A stretch of DNA of 63,909 nt, counting the filler, from Hausera hauseri (lineage: Eukaryota): assembly GCA_046269625.1 (NCBI GenBank). It is 13 parts of 13 records of this genome, joined end to end, with 100 filler letters (N's around TTAATTAATTAA, not from the genome) between each part and the next. Parts side by side here need not be neighbours in the genome. Positions count along the whole stretch, not along the records: positions 33,237 to 39,191 come from JBJURY010163421.1; positions 39,292 to 44,403 come from JBJURY010331715.1; positions 44,504 to 51,501 come from JBJURY010044998.1; 10 more parts are not named here. One strand, given 5' to 3'. The notes under the pieces were generated by a model. The model was given only the letters and a program-made list of their open reading frames with translations. It was not told the origin of the DNA and searched no databases. Position 1 is the first letter of the stretch, and the number at the start of each line of letters is the position of its first letter. Shown piece by piece: positions 34,901-50,136 of the stretch. The position numbers and the translations under genes are program-made.

Positions 34901-37900
34901 GGTATGATTACTATCTCTGTTTTACTTTTAACTTTTTCATTTGTCAAAAAATAAATTACATTGGAAAAGATATTTGGCATTGTTCCCATGTAATACCAGT
35001 TGTTTAATTTCTGTGTCAATGCAGCACAGTTTTTTCTGCTTGGTGTTTTGAGATGAACTTATTTGACACGAATTCGAAAGAGTCACATGTTTGTAGTTGG
35101 TTGTACGGTTTTTGAAAATTTGCGTGTATTCATTCGGTCAAACCACTGTTTCTATACATGAAATTATAGACAACAACCGTTCGATAATGATTTGTCAGTT
35201 GTATTGCGGTGCGATACCAGAAATAGATACCAGTAGTGAAAACGTAATCGATATGATCTGATTATTTTCCATGAGTTTTCAACCATTGATGGAAGTTGTC
35301 TAATTTGATTAGCAATGTTTTTAAATTGTAATTTTTCTTCTTTGGGAAATGTTAGATTAATCCAGCATATATTTAATTACAATTATATCGCGGAAAATTT
35401 TCCGAATTTTGTTGAAAGGTAATTAACTCTCACTCCGGAATTAAATATTATGTTTGGACGGATTTATTTTTGGTAAAATTCGAAAATTTTTTTCTAATAT
35501 CGCCAAAATTCCTTCTAACTTCATATTTAAAATAGACAGTGACAATAAATATTTGAAGTTGGAATGAAAGAGTTAATTTCTGGTAGTTAGTCGAAAAAAA
35601 ACGAACTTTTTTCGAATATTTTTTTTAGTTAAATTGAATTTTTCATTATAATCAATTCATATGTGGTTAATTGAGATTTTTTATAGTACTTCATACGTTA
35701 ATATGCTACTCATTAAAATATGACTTAAAAATTGATTTTAATACCTGCATTTTCAATTGTGTACCATTTTAATATATAAAATTGTCAGATGATATAGTGA
35801 ACATTTTAGTGAACAGGTTTTTGAAAACTTGAAAACGGAAATGGAACGGTGCCAATTTTTTAAATTATGTCACAAAAGTGAAATATTACATTATATCTTT
35901 TTATATGAGAAAATGTTTCATTTACCCTATTAAAATTTTTTAAGGGTTTTTTTTATTTTTGCCGTTTTTTCTTAACAATAGAACTAACAAAAATGATAAA
36001 ATTGAATAATTTATTTTTGTCATTGTTATGATTATTTGGCAACGATTTAGAAATGCTGTGTGCTTTTGTGTTTTAATTCAGTTGATGATTCATTTGTGCT
36101 TTACTCTGTCATCTCATTAATTAGTAAATGAGTTATGGTAATGTTCTACTTTTGTCTGCAAATAATCTATGCAGATAATGGAATATTGTATGGGGTGATT
36201 GTATTGTCCATACAACTAAATATGTTCTACTTTACTACGTATTCATCATTGTAACATTTTTATTGCGATATTTCCATCAGACGTACATTCCAGTATGTTA
36301 CCAAATCAAGCAGAGGAATCAGAGAATATACAAGACATAAAAGTACAAACTATAGTTTTGCATTTAACCAAATCAACATGGCAAATTTCATGAGGTTCAT
36401 TGTTGTACCATTTGCACTGTATTTTAGTTATTTTCATACAAGTACTCGAGCTACTAAGGCAAAAAACTTTTTTCGCGTAGAACTATAAGAACATGGAAAT
36501 TTTGCACATTTTTGTGCTATAGCACAACAGGGAACAGTACTTAACTAGTGTCTTATCATCCGTTACTTCCCGTTATTATTCTGTGAGGCTAAATATTAAC
36601 TTTCCTACTAGCAAAGGAGGATCAATGTTGACACTCGAACGGATTTCAGGAATTTACTATAGATAAGATAATTGTTTAGATATATTGCAAGGGTGTATGA
36701 CTATTAAACTATTATCGATAATTGCAAATGGTGTCAAAGTCTGATTGTCAGTTGCAATATGTAAATACAATATACAATTTTCAGTACAGTATGAAAAACA
36801 AAGATGACCACAAATTGACAATTGAAGCATAATTTGAAGAAAATCGGTAGTAGACAAAGTCATTTACTAAGGGTTGTGTTGACGAGTTACAGAAACGAGA
36901 AAGATGGATCATAAATTACAAAGAACGTTTAATATACCATCGTAAGTTTATTGTCAAACTAGTGACGACAATACTATTCACGCATAGACGATTGAGCAAA
37001 AATTGTTAATTTGACTCGCCACAAAACTAAACTTTAGCAAAGTATTCGCTGACATGGATGTCTTATTTACCCAATGGTGCACTGAAAAGGCATACAATAC
37101 GATAGAAATAAAATCAAATTTTAAATAATGATTGGATATTATGATGATTTAGTAATTTACAATAATTTTTGAAATAATACCCAGTTTACCCCATTATAAA
37201 CCTCACATCAAAAATTTCGTATTCCTTTCTTTTTATGACAAAACATTTTACCACAAATCACAGAATTACTTCAAGTTTCTTGCAAATGCCATTTAAAATA
37301 TCATTTTGTCATAGGTTTTGGTTTATAGTCATAATCTTTTGAAAGGTTAGAATTGTAATCAATATGTACTATATATATATACACAAAATTTACAAACAGA
37401 ATTATACAAAATTTTCATCAACAGATTTGATAGTGGATAAATACAAATATTGAATTTCTTTGTACTGTTGCAAAAACAATTGACTTTGGTGCAGAAATGC
37501 TATTAAACATATGATATTTGTTACGGATATTGAAGCGAATTATTTATCAATACGGTGATTGTTTTTTGGTAATTTTAGTTGTAATTTCGTCATTTAGTCC
37601 TAATGATTATCACTTATTGTACAATCACTCAATTACTGCAACTATTTCAATGAGTAATACAATACATGCAGGTTTGTTTGTCGTTACCGATTTTCAACTA
37701 TTTTTAGAAAATTGTTAATTCAGACGAATCTTGTAACGAAATGTAATCATTTTAAAAAGTCCATCGACTTGTTAAAGGGTTCTGTCAGTGATTTTCATGT
37801 TGCCATAAGGAAATTTGAGGACGAATCACAATTGCGATGTTTGACGTTTATTTCCATTAACAGTATATTTCTTTTTACTGCAGATTTGTTCGTGGTCTCC

Positions 37901-38959
37901 TCAGCAAATGATAAATTATGTTTATTGACGTGGCTCATTCCGACCAATCCTGCCTTTTCTAACGATTTTGTCCCATCCAATTTCATTCTGGGTTATGAAG
38001 AAGACGTCCTACGGAATTTGGAATGTTGCACATTCGTTTGTCGTTGTCCAGAAGATTATTTTGCACCAATAAATGCGCCATACGAGGTGGAGAATTTCCC
38101 AATGATGAATTCCGTCAGTCGTTCGTTTACCATGCCACAGACCAGCACTGATTTATGATCATAAGTTGGACTTTAAATTGTTCGCTTGATGGAATGTGCA
38201 ATGATGAATTTCCATCAATTTGTGTGCGTGTCTGTGGAGGGATTTATATTAATGACCGTCTGCCAGCTCGACAAATATCGAATTTTTTCGAAATTTTTCA
38301 ATAAGCCCTGGAATTACAAATCATAAGTCGAAAGGAAAATGACCGTAAACGGGTTGCTGTTAGAAAGTGGTTAGACGGGAAAGATTATTCCTAGGAAATC
38401 AAGGATCATTATGAATGTCATAGGGAATGGGTGAAAAGTATGATTCATAAGGATGACAGAGCGAATGAGGGATACAAAGAAATCCTCTTTACGATAGATG
38501 ATTTATATGATCTATTCAACTTACCTGTGTTTGACTTCGTACCTTTTGTCGTAACTGTTTCATTTTAATCGGTGATGGGTTTCATGGGGTAAAATGAACA
38601 TCATTTCATTTAATCTGTTGTCATGGAGATTATTTTAATTTTCTTTATTTTTATATTTTTGTACCCTTTTATTTTAAAATTTACTTTCGTTTTCTAAATG
38701 AAATTAAAATTTCTTTATCGCATTGAAATTTTCTGAAACGATGTTCCATTTACCCATGTAACGGATATTTTGTCTCTATCAATTTCTATTGTTACAATTC
38801 ATTCGATATGGGAATAATTTTAAAAGTGCCATAAATGTGGGATTTTTTGCAATAAATAGTCGAATTTCGTTAATTTAACTTCGTTAGCAAAAATATTTTT
38901 ATTATTAATCAACATTATATTTTGGACATCTCTAACTAATTTTTACCGAATTCCAGAAT

Positions 38960-39190
38960 ATTCTTGGGGGAACAACAGTGTTTGATAGCCTAGATCTTCC
39001 CTATAAACCGTAAAAAATGTAGGACGAAAATTATATGGTTTCGTCATAAAACCGATTTTAATAAAGTCTAAAATTGTCCAATTTGAGGTATTTTTGAAAG
39101 CAATTTTTATATAATTCTGAACATGATAACTTGGAGGAGACAACAGAAACGGGTAGCCCAAATCTTCCTCTGTCACCCATAAAAAATTTT
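38960..39190. repeat. Degenerate repeat with a period of about 170 bp
   Basis: Minus ORF 38943-39176 contains EEDLGYPFLLSPPSY and REDLGYQTLLFPQEY. Confidence 0.4.
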
Positions 39191-39291
39191 TNNNNNNNNN
39201 NNNNNNNNNNNNNNNNNNNNNNNNNNNNNNNNNNNTTAATTAATTAANNNNNNNNNNNNNNNNNNNNNNNNNNNNNNNNNNNNNNNNNNNN

Positions 39292-42200
39292 CTTTATAAT
39301 GCCGTTCTTAAAATCACTGAGCCGTCAATCGACTCTATCATTCAAAGGTTTTTCAATGACAACGCCATGGGCCTACAAAAGCCTTCTGAATTCTTGCATA
39401 CACCTTTGTCGCACCTCAATACCCTTGGCATAACATCTGAGCATAGTCCAGAACTTCTTCGTCGCTACTTTTTAAACGCATTGCCCCTTCAAATAAAAGC
39501 TTTGCTCACTGTGGTCGAGGACTCCAGGGCACTGGAAAAGTTGACCAAACTGGCAGACAAAGCTTATGAAGTGCTGCACTCACACAGAGCACCAACTGTC
39601 TCTGCGCCAGTAACAACAAACCAATAACAGCAAAATGCAATGCTGCCGCAAAAAATTGCGCAATTACGCACAGAAAACGAAATTTTGCAAAGACAATTAA
39701 TAACATAAACGAGAAATTAAATGAGTTAACGTTGCCTCGACGAGGACTTTCTAGGGCTGCTTCCCCTAATGTATTTCATAAACGATAAACACGGTCGCCT
39801 TCGCCCGCGCGGTGATCTATTTGCTACTCTCACAACAAATTTGGTAACAATTCTCAGGAATGCTGCATCGGTCGTAAATTTTACTCCCCGGATTTTAATA
39901 CAAGCAACATCGTCTGCATCTATCACGCAAAATTTGGAACAAAAGCACAAAAATGCCTACCTGGCTACAATTACAACACGCACAATAAAATCAACAATAT
40001 CAAACCCACACAAAATAGTAGGCCGAACTCACCAGCTACAAAAAATTGATTTCGCCGCTAGGACACACGGCAAGTTCTAGCAAAGGCAACAACCTACACA
40101 AAGATAGCCGACACATTTCCTTTGCTGTTTTCACGTTGGAAGCAGCAGTTGTCACTCCAAAGCAAAACATTAATTTTCTCGTAGACACCGGCGCAGCAAT
40201 CTCTTTATTACCACCAACACGGCACATCCAAAACAATTTCACTTCAAAAAAGCACCTGTTCACTGCGTCCGGTAAACATTTACAAACTTTTGGTGTTACC
40301 AAATTAACTTTCATTCTTCCAAATTTCCCAAACACATTCACTTGGAAATTTACAGCAGACAGCGTACGCACACCTATATTGGGTTCAGACTTTCTGTCCC
40401 ACTATAATTTACTTGTAGACTACAAACGATGTTCCTTAAAGAGCGGAAATAATCTTAATCAAATTAGCAGCATTTCGGTAACCACCCGGGCAATCGCTTC
40501 TAACAAGTCAATATTGAAGCAAACGACTTCCGATTTAAATTATTTTTATAATCACATATTATGTAGAAATTTTTACTACGGTGGCAAATACGATATTGCC
40601 AACTGCGTGTCACGTATTACTGATAGCACAGCTGCCAACATCATCTTTAACACGAACATCCTGCACCAAACATCACCTTGTCACAACACCTTGTCTACAA
40701 CTCATACTTCAACTGCATCCATTCAGGATGCATCGACACCATAGGATAACTTTTTATCGTTGCCTTCTGATCTACAGCAATACATTTCGTTTTCCTGCAC
40801 GCGTCTGTTGCAAAAGGACAAATCATTCGTACCATGTCAATCCACCTTCCATCTCATAGTAACAGCAAATCAAAGACCAATACGTCAAAAGGTCCGCCCG
40901 CTATCGCCTCGCCGTAGACAGGCAGTGGAAGCTGAGTTTCTCGAACTGGAAAGATCAGGAATAATCAAAATATCCAAATTCCCGTGGTCTTCTCCACTGC
41001 CTATGGTTCCAAGAAAATATGCTACCTTTCGTCCATGCGGTGATTACCGCCAACTCAACACCATAACAACAATGGATGCCTACCCTCTACCATTAATCAA
41101 CGATATCCTTCACAGGCTCCATGCTGCAACCGTCTTTTCCTGCATTGATCTACATAAAGCATGCCACCAAATTCCGGTGACACCAGCAGACATTCCCAAA
41201 ACGGCTGTCATTACACCTTTCGGCATTTTCGAGTATCTCTTTATGCCTTTTGGACTCCGCAGCGCTTCTCAGACTTTCCAAAGGCATATCGACGCAGTTC
41301 TATCAGGCTTAGGCTTCGCCTATCCCTATATTGATAACATTTTAATTGCCTCATCTTCCCCCAAGCAACACTCTAAACACTTACGTTTAATCTTCCAGCG
41401 CTTGCACTAAAACAATTTGCAAATTAACTTCTCCAAATGCTCCTTTTTTCAACATAAGGTCAATTTCCTAGGACACGTTATTAGCTCCTCTAGACATTCA
41501 CCTCAGCCGGATCGCATCACTCAGCTCAAAAACATACAACTACCACGTACATCCACAGAGATGCGTCCTTTCCTCGGAAACTTGCACTTTATTCATAAGT
41601 ACGTTCCGCACTGTTCCACTCTAACCGTTCCATTTACATCACTAAGCTTTGGCAAGAAGAAACAGCCTATTCAGTGGACCGCAAATTTAATCAATGCTTT
41701 CAATCGTCTCAAAGAAAATTTTAAAACGGTTGAAATCCTGGCCTATCCAGACTCCCATGCAGAACTCTTCTTAACCACGGATGCATCCATAACAGCTGCA
41801 GATGCTGTCCTCCATCAAGTCAAAAATGGATCCCATGAACCATTATAGTTCTTCACAGCACAAGAACAACGGTATTCCACCTTTGACCGCGAGTTGCTCG
41901 CAATGGTCCTTGCCGTAAAACACTTCAAATATCTCCTAATTGCACGAACTTTTACCATACAAACGAACCACAAGCCCTTGCTTTAAATTTTCACCATGAA
42001 ATCGCCTTCACCACGTCAGGAGAGACAAATATCGTATTTGACAACAATTAATTTTTTAAATTAAACATTTAAACGGAGTCGACAATTTAGTAGCAGACTT
42101 TTTGTCCCGATCGGTCAGCTCGATTGATTTTACACCAATTTTTCCTCAAACCAAGCTTCAACAAAATCAGCCACCTCCTGACATCCTTAAATCTTTTAAA

Positions 42201-44349
42201 TCTTGAAAAACCATCGACGGTGTGGCCTTTGACACCTCCAAACCTAATAATCCCAAAATCATTCTTTTTGAATCGCTTCAAAAGGAAGCGTTCAACAGCG
42301 TACATTCGTTGTATCATCCTGGTGCCAAGGGCACTTTTCACCTCTTACAACGCCAAGTAGTATGGCCGTCGATGCGCTGTGACGTGCAGGTGTAAGTTAG
42401 GCAGTGTGGTGCATGCCAAAAATAAAAAGTTACTAAGCACTTAAAGCCACCACTATATCATTTTCCATGCACGTCTCGTTTTGAATCTGTTTACATTGAC
42501 CTTGTAGGCCCACTACCCTTAGATAACGGCCATCAGTTCATCCTCACAATTATGGACCGTTCCTCGCGATGGCCAGAAGCCGTCTCGCTTCGGAGCACTG
42601 ACACAGAAACCATCGCAGACGTTTTCATCCGCACTTGGATCAGCAGGTTTAAATCACCTCGCCATATCATTTCGGACCAAGGTCCACAGTTAAAATCCAA
42701 CCTGTTTAAAGCTCTTGTCAATCGATTGGGAATTAACCACATTTACACATTACCATATCACCCCCAATCGAACGGCCTTTTCGAACGCTTTCACCGGATA
42801 GTGAAAACGTCTCTCAAAATTCTTGCTGAGTCCAATCGAAGTTGGATTACACTCCTTCCGTAGGTTTGGCTGGGCTGACGGAAGATACTATCAACTTCTA
42901 CAGGCTGTTCACCTGCAGAAGCACTATTTGGCACTTCCATCAGATCATTATTCGAGCTGACTGAGCTGGACAATACTCCTACAGACGAAACCATACTAGC
43001 AGCACAGAGACACTTCGTTGAGATCAGCAAAGACTCTTTTTACAGATTGTTACACGCAAATAAACCCTACGTACCAAACGATTTATATACTGCCAAGTTT
43101 GTTTGGTTAAGGAATCAGACGCCGTGTGGCTTTCAACCTCAGTATGTCGGCCCTTACAAAGTAATTCGCTTACACCGTTCACATCAATAATGCTAAACCG
43201 GCCTTCTTCATTGACGACACGTCTCCCATCGAAAATACTTCTCCACCAACATCCTTACAAGACGCGCTGCAATCTAGCAATCCACCTTCCATCTCTGCTA
43301 AATTTCTTAATCCACTTTTGCCTATGTCTTCTCCCAAAATTTCCATTTCAATTTCCTCTCACAATTCAGTTTCTTTCGCCCCATTCGATTTTGCACCTTC
43401 AAGCCTTCCACCACCTCCTTCATCTCACAACAATCTGCTTTCTCCTTTTACATCACTTCGTCCATCAAACACCATTTTGACTTCACCAATCTCCCAATCA
43501 ACACCTTTCATCATTCTAACCTCTTGCATACCACTCTCCAACTACTTTCCTTCGCCTTCTCCATCTTCTCGCTTTCTTTTGCCTTGTACCTCTTCGTCGC
43601 TTTCTCTTTCTCTCTGCCCCTCTCTTTCCACACCTTCTTCATCTTCGGCGCTTTCTTCCCCCCTTTCTTCTCACACATCAACTTTTACTCCTTTCACTTC
43701 CGCTTCACAACGTCCTCCTCTCTTTACCTCTTTCACTATCCCTTTTCCTCTCTCTATTACTACTTTTGTTTCATCTTCTAATTCCACTCTCTCACACAGT
43801 TCAATTCCAACCTCGATTACAACTTCTCTTTCTCTTCCTTTATCCGCCACTACACCTTTAATCATTCCTTAGTCTTCAACAATCTCTCTTTCTCCTTTAC
43901 CTTCTTCTCTTCATTCTGATTCGTCTTCGCACGACACAACATTTACAAGAAAATCCGATAATTTTTTTCCCAACTTTAACCTCTGCAGACAAACACGCAA
44001 CATAAAAACAAAACACGCAGAGTCACATTCAGCAAATATAGCAGGGAAAAATCACTAAAAGGCACCCAACGTCTTGTCCACACTAAGGCCAGCTGACACA
44101 GACACTCTTTCGTTTTGGGGTTTTTTCTCTGTCTCTTTTACCCTTTATAAATTTCACTTTGCCACGGGAGGGTGATATGGTGCCCATAGTGACCGGCGCC
44201 TTCTGGCCTATTTGGTTGGACACGGCCGGGGTCCGTTGCCGACACGTCGGGCCCATAGTCGGGCCCCGATCTCCCGCCTCGAAAATCTTATAACAAGAAA
44301 GCAATCGACGTTTGATATACGACAAATTATCGTTCTAATTTCGACAACA
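39292..44349 (+). mobile_element. Ty3/gypsy LTR retrotransposon (CsRn1-like), second decayed copy
   Basis: Gag MGLQKPSEFL...FLNALP...LTKLADK with doubled CHCC-type motifs; A AAA AAT slip site at 40040; FLVDTGA; RPCGDYR; YIDNILIAS; integrase; PPT 44165-44175; LTR from 44176 (end uncertain). Confidence 0.95.
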
Positions 44350-45420
44350 AATGCCAAATTCTGCTGTCAATTTTTTACGACAAATTCAACGAATAAAAAC
44401 TAGNNNNNNNNNNNNNNNNNNNNNNNNNNNNNNNNNNNNNNNNNNNNTTAATTAATTAANNNNNNNNNNNNNNNNNNNNNNNNNNNNNNNNNNNNNNNNN
44501 NNNATGATGAAATGAGAATTGAAATTGTACACACAGTTAGACTAAACATGATTAAATTTTGTCTAATGTTGATAAAATTATATAAACAAATCAAATCAGT
44601 CAACGATTATTTAATGTTAATTTTCGTCTGCACAGTTAATTTTGGTCAGCACATTCGTGGTTGATACATTCGACAAAATGATCATCAATTAAATGTGTTA
44701 CATCTAACCAGATAACACGCAAATAAATATATTTTCGGAAGTTTGTAGTTTAAGTTAACGGGATTTGTATCTAAATTAAAAATTAATCTATATATTACTC
44801 ATCAAAATGGGTTATAACATTTACCCTGCGTTGACTAATTTTTGAATTGCACGTGATCATAAAATATATATGTAAATATCTTTGTTATTTTCATCAAAAG
44901 TGTATACACAGAGAAATACAAACATAACAAAACAGTCGAATAAGACGACTGGGGCACGCAGGAGAAAAATAAAAGCAATCATATGGATCATCGAATGTTT
45001 ATTGTTACACTATTATTGTTCCTCCGCTGATGCGTACGACTGCCCAGTTGATGATCAGGCCATTCTGATCTGCATCTTCAGCGCAATAGACATCTCGTCC
45101 GGGCTGGAAACGAGTGTCCATGGACGTCGCATTTCGAGGGCTAGGCTGCAGGAAATGAGTTGGTTTTCCGACGAGACTAGAGATTTGAAGAGGCGGTCTG
45201 TCGCGGCCATCAGTCTGACGAAGACGGTCATAAGCCCGGTCGATTTGAAAAGACGCCTATTCGAAAGGGCTTCTCTCTCGTGTATTCTTGTGTGAAGTTC
45301 GTGGGCCCTCGTTCCATCATGTTCATTCGTCAGTTTTCCCGTTTTTCTCTTGTTGGCCTGTCTACTTAGTGATTTTGTTGTTTCGCCTTCTGGCGTTCTC
45401 TCTTCAGTCTGTGGGATATC

Positions 45421-45585
45421 GGTCTTTCGATTTCCCTTAGCCTTATCTTTCGGTTCTTCCGTTTCGTTATTTCTGTTTTCGGCGTTCTCTTCTCTGTCAG
45501 TGGTGTTTCGATTTCCCTTATTATTATCTTCCTGTTCTTCGGTTTTATTCTTTAGATTTCGAACGTAGGCATTGATTTTTGTATT
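45421..45585. repeat. Two copies of an approximately 81-bp repeat in an unknown minus-strand coding segment
   Basis: TEEQEDNNKGNRNT and TEEPKDKAKGNRKT on the minus strand. Confidence 0.55.
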
Positions 45586-45842
45586 TTGAGGCGTTTTCGT
45601 TTTCTGTGGCGTCAGTATAGGAGTTTTTTGAATCTGGTTTAGTAAGTTTTTAAATTATTACTACTACGTTTTAATTGAATATACAAACAAAATAAAAACT
45701 GTAAAAAATTTTTATTTCTTGTATGATTTTTTGCGTTTCTGTGAATTCGCGAATTTATATTTTGTATAAAATTCACTGTTGGTGAATTTATGTTAAATGC
45801 AATGTTCGTGAATTTATTTGTAAAGCAGAGTTTTACAATATA

Positions 45843-47134
45843 CAGGGTGCGATTAAAAAACGATATGAGCCTAACATAATCTTGAACTTGAGACAGAACC
45901 GTAAGGAGCAACAAGAAAAAAAAGATTATATCATATAATTTATTTTGGCATGAATATAAAGTACAATTATTCAAAGTGTCCTCCTTCAGCAGCAATTACA
46001 GTCTCACGACTAGGTCGAAACTTGGAGCAGGTTGTCCGGATGTACTCCTCTGACATGTTGATCCACGCCTTGATGATGGACTTCTTCAAGTTGTCGGTGT
46101 TGTCATGGGGATGAGCGCAACAACGTACGCCAATATTAAATAATCCAGGTCATTCAAATCCGGAGAGCTGGCCGGCCATATTGCTTTGGACCAGAAATTT
46201 TTGATGTTTTTCTCAAGCCAATTCTGGACAAAGTTCGAAATATGGGCCGGAGCCCCGTCCTGCTGGAACACGATGTTGGCCTCCTTTATGTAGTTGGAGT
46301 CAATCCAGAGCTTGACATGATTCTTCAGAACCTCCAGATACAATTCCCTGGTCACTTTTGCGTTCTTTCTGAATAAGATCGGAAGCATTTTCTTACCATC
46401 AGAGGATATCAGTCCAAACATCATGACTGAGGCTGGATGCTTTATCTGGAGTGTGTGTTTAAAATTGTCAGGGACATCCTTTGGGTCCTCCCTACTGATG
46501 TACTAGTCATTCCATTTGCTGAGGGAAGATTCGACGGTGAACTCCTTCTCATCTGTAAAGAGGATGACAGGCAATGCCGCTCTTCAGAATCTTGAGAAAC
46601 TTCTTACTTCTTTTCAGTCTGGCTTCCTTCTGGTTTGTTGTGATCAGCTGTCTCTTTGTCCTGGCCCTTGAATTGGTCTTGAGGTCCTCTTCACCACCTT
46701 CCGGATCGTGAAGTCGCTTTCCCCGGCCTCCCTGGCCGTCTTCCTCATAGACATGACTGGCTGCTTCCGGGTCTTCTCACGAACGGACTTAATCAGGGCC
46801 TTGGTCCGAACTGATTTGAATCGTCCATTTCCAGGCTTCCTTCTGGCACTGCCTGTATCTTTAAACTTGTTTACGGCTCTGGACACAGTGCTCCTGGCAC
46901 ACTTCAGGGTATCGGCAATGTCCTTAGTGATCATTCCGGCGTGAAACATATCAACAATTGATTGATTTGAAGGTATTTTTCATATTATTTTTATTGATTG
47001 TTTACAAAATAAAGTATAGCGTTCAAAAGTACTATCTTTGAGCCACAGATGTCTCATTTGGCAGGAAAGTTAAAAAATTTTAAACTTTTGTACTAAGCAC
47101 TTAAAATAATGGAGCGAATTTTATTCGCACTTTG
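45843..47134 (-). mobile_element. Tc1/mariner DD37D (maT) transposon, complete but decayed
   Basis: Imperfect TIRs CAGGGTGCGATTAAAA / CAAAGTGCGAATAAAA with flanking TA; transposase about 45967-46983 with FTDE and QQDGAPAH...SPDLNDLDY (37 residues between the last two Asp). Confidence 0.92.
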
Positions 47135-47998
47135 TACATATTTTAATTTTCATGTAATGAATTTTTAAATAATTGCATACATGTAATTCTTAACATGTAT
47201 TTACACATTTTTCGACGATTCTTTTTGCAATCAATATCAAGTTATAACTTGATGATCGGGAAACACCACCAAGCCTTCTTCTTAGATCTTTTATGACATG
47301 CTGTTTCAAAAGAGTAGCCAGGGTTTACTTAATATTTGTGCTATTGTTAATGCGTACTAATATGTACATTAGGTATATGACATCTCTTTAACCATATGAT
47401 CCTGTAGCGCCACACGATGAACTATTGTGTAAATGGCCCAAACACATAAAAAGTTCGAATATATTTCGAGCATAAGTCACGCACCAACATCAAAACGTTA
47501 TATAATGAAATGTGCACTTTTGTGCAGATCAAATATGCGGCTGCAATGCAAACTACACGCAGGTATTAGTCAAAAGAAATCGTATTTGCAATTTATTTTC
47601 TGTTCGACAGAGTGGAATAATGTCTTGTATAACTTTAATCGTTCGCTCTGCACAAATGTTGCTCCGCTGGGTATAGATAGGTGAAGGATTTTGTGATCAA
47701 TGTTCTTGAAAAGAATATGCAGCTTTTGGAAATGACTGAACCGCTTGTTAAAAGATAATGTAGTGTTTCTCATCATAGGTCTGATTGCAAAACCAAACAT
47801 CGCTCTATGTATCACAGATGAAAGGACACGCTTCTTCCAACTTCAGTCGGGATTCTGGCTAAAGAATGTGCGACAACAAAGTGAAAGTATCCCTGGAATT
47901 CCATTACATAAACTTGAAACTCGTCATCTTTTATAATGACGAAATACGCAAGTTAGGTGAAAGAAAATACGGTGAAGAAAAAAATACGCAAGAATAGT

Positions 47999-48850
47999 TT
48001 ACAAATTAAGCAAGGAATCGCGAAGGTACTTGGGCGCTTGTGGCTCACAAAGCACTGCTTTATTATTTAAATAATGACATATTGTCTTCCAGTGTCGAAA
48101 ACCATTCACATCAAGAGGCTGAGCAAAACCTGTAGCTGCAGGAGGAATGCATAGTATTTTTATATTTTCGTCTATAGGAATGAGATTTTTAAGGCAGTTG
48201 TGAGCAATATAAGAGTCCTCTACCAATGCAAAATGTTTTCCAGCATGTTTCAGCATTATTTTCACGAACCAATCCTTTAACTGCTCTTTCTCCATCTTAC
48301 TAAAACCGGATGCAATAAAATAGATGAGTTTAGGGCAGCGGTACATAGATTTCTTTACTTGTGGGCCAAAGTCGCCGTCTTTCTCCTGAAGGCAAATAGT
48401 AATAGGTAGTAATAAATTTCCGGCTGCACTTATTACTGGTTGTATTGTGTACGTATGAGTTGTTCCGGAACCTGATTGCGATACCACTTTCACAACAGTG
48501 GATCCTGTTTTGAACCGATCATTGAGAAACAAATTTTGTGACTTTACGAATAGAAATACGGGAGCGCTTCTTAAAATTGTGAAGCTCGTGGCCACTACAT
48601 CTGAAATCAAAAAGACCAATTTCCTTAGAAACTTGGATGGCCCATTTCATCGTATCTCTATCATAAACTGATAAAAGATTTGCACGATATTCTTCAAACA
48701 TTTCTTGAACTCGATTTGAGAGTGTTGCAAGTTTCCATTCTTTTGGCGAATTTCCGGAATTAATCATGCCCCCCAGCGGTAGAGCTTCACCGTATTTTTT
48801 ACAAAAGTTACACGGTTTTGCACGGTCTCAAGTGACAAACGGGTTTTCTT
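47999..48850 (-). mobile_element. Tc5/Tc4-like (pogo-related DDE) transposase remnant with internal deletion
   Basis: CENP-B-type HTH (DRDTMKWA...FRCSGHELHNFKKRSRISIRKVTK), TTHTYTIQPVIS, VEDSY, IPPAATGFAQPLDVNGFRHWK; a weaker second fragment (LSIPSGAT) lies near 47650. Confidence 0.8.
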
Positions 48851-50136
48851 GACTTTGGTCATTGGATGCGCTTTTGTGTTACGCCAAAATTCCACGACTT
48901 TGGTGACATTTTCCCATGAAGTATAACCTCAATCGTTTGGATGTTCTGGTGGATTGTATGATGATGAAGATGAAATTCTTCCGTTGGAATGAATTTGCCA
49001 TTTATCTGAATCTTGTAAAATTTCTTCACTACTGACAGCATCCACGCATAAACAGAAAGTTTGAACGTATTCAATTTTTGTTTCCATTGACATAGCCATC
49101 CAAATAACCGTTAATAATATCTGCGAAAATTATTTACTTAGCTTCAGCGAAAAAATTAAAAGTTAATATACCTTTTAGGGCACTTTCTAGTTCCTTTTCT
49201 CTGAAGGTTGGGTTGCCGACTAATTTCTTCCACTCTCGCCTATAGTTTTTACTTAAACTAATTAAAAGTTGATACGGATTAATTGTGAAGGACATTTTCA
49301 TTAATGACAAAACACTATTTATTGTAAACTGTGTAAATAGGAACGAAGTGCTGGTATTTTTATGAATTGAAAACATAAACGTAATTGCTATTTATCATAA
49401 ATTGCTGTACAATTCACTACATATCGAGCAGACTATATTGCTAATAAAAACTGTTTGTTTATTGCAGTTAAAATTTATTTCGTGTGCATTGGTAGTGGAC
49501 TCTAACAAGGCTCAATGAAGCAAAATTTGATAAATCTGAAAGCGTACATACATAGGAAGTCATATATGGGTAATCCGAATATGGCGTCAGACATTCGAAA
49601 ACGAGTTTACAAACCGAATATTTTTCGAGTTTTGTCAAAAACTCCATCAAGCCTTAAATATAAAAATCTGAGTGCACCATTAGATTCCCCATGTGACAAA
49701 ACACTTTGTGACACCATGATATGTATATATACTTAAAACATGTGTAAAAAATATACATAAAACTAATACATTTTAGAAATAGTGAGCTCAATTACTCGGA
49801 ATCGTCCTTCAATTAGGTCGTAATATTTTTTCTGAGCTTATGATGACGAACACAATAAAATTTAACCCGTTTAATTAGGGAGGTAGCAGCGCGGCGTGTT
49901 ACAGTCAGAATTTTAGTAATCTCATATCTATTAATATTTTGAACTGTATTAAAAATCGGCGAATATTAAATTAAATTAAAGTATCACAATAAAATGACTT
50001 TACTAATTTATTTTTAACTTTGTCTACTTTGTATACCCACACGTTCCCGCAATAGCATATTTACATGTAATTCCAAGGAATATTTAACTAAATTCTATAA
50101 AAATAATAGAGGTACTAACAAATATAAAATATATAG

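Noticed and set aside
33237-38900. Several short ORFs in the AT-rich scaffold
   Set aside because: No recognisable motifs; I cannot tell decayed or spliced genes from chance ORFs without searches.
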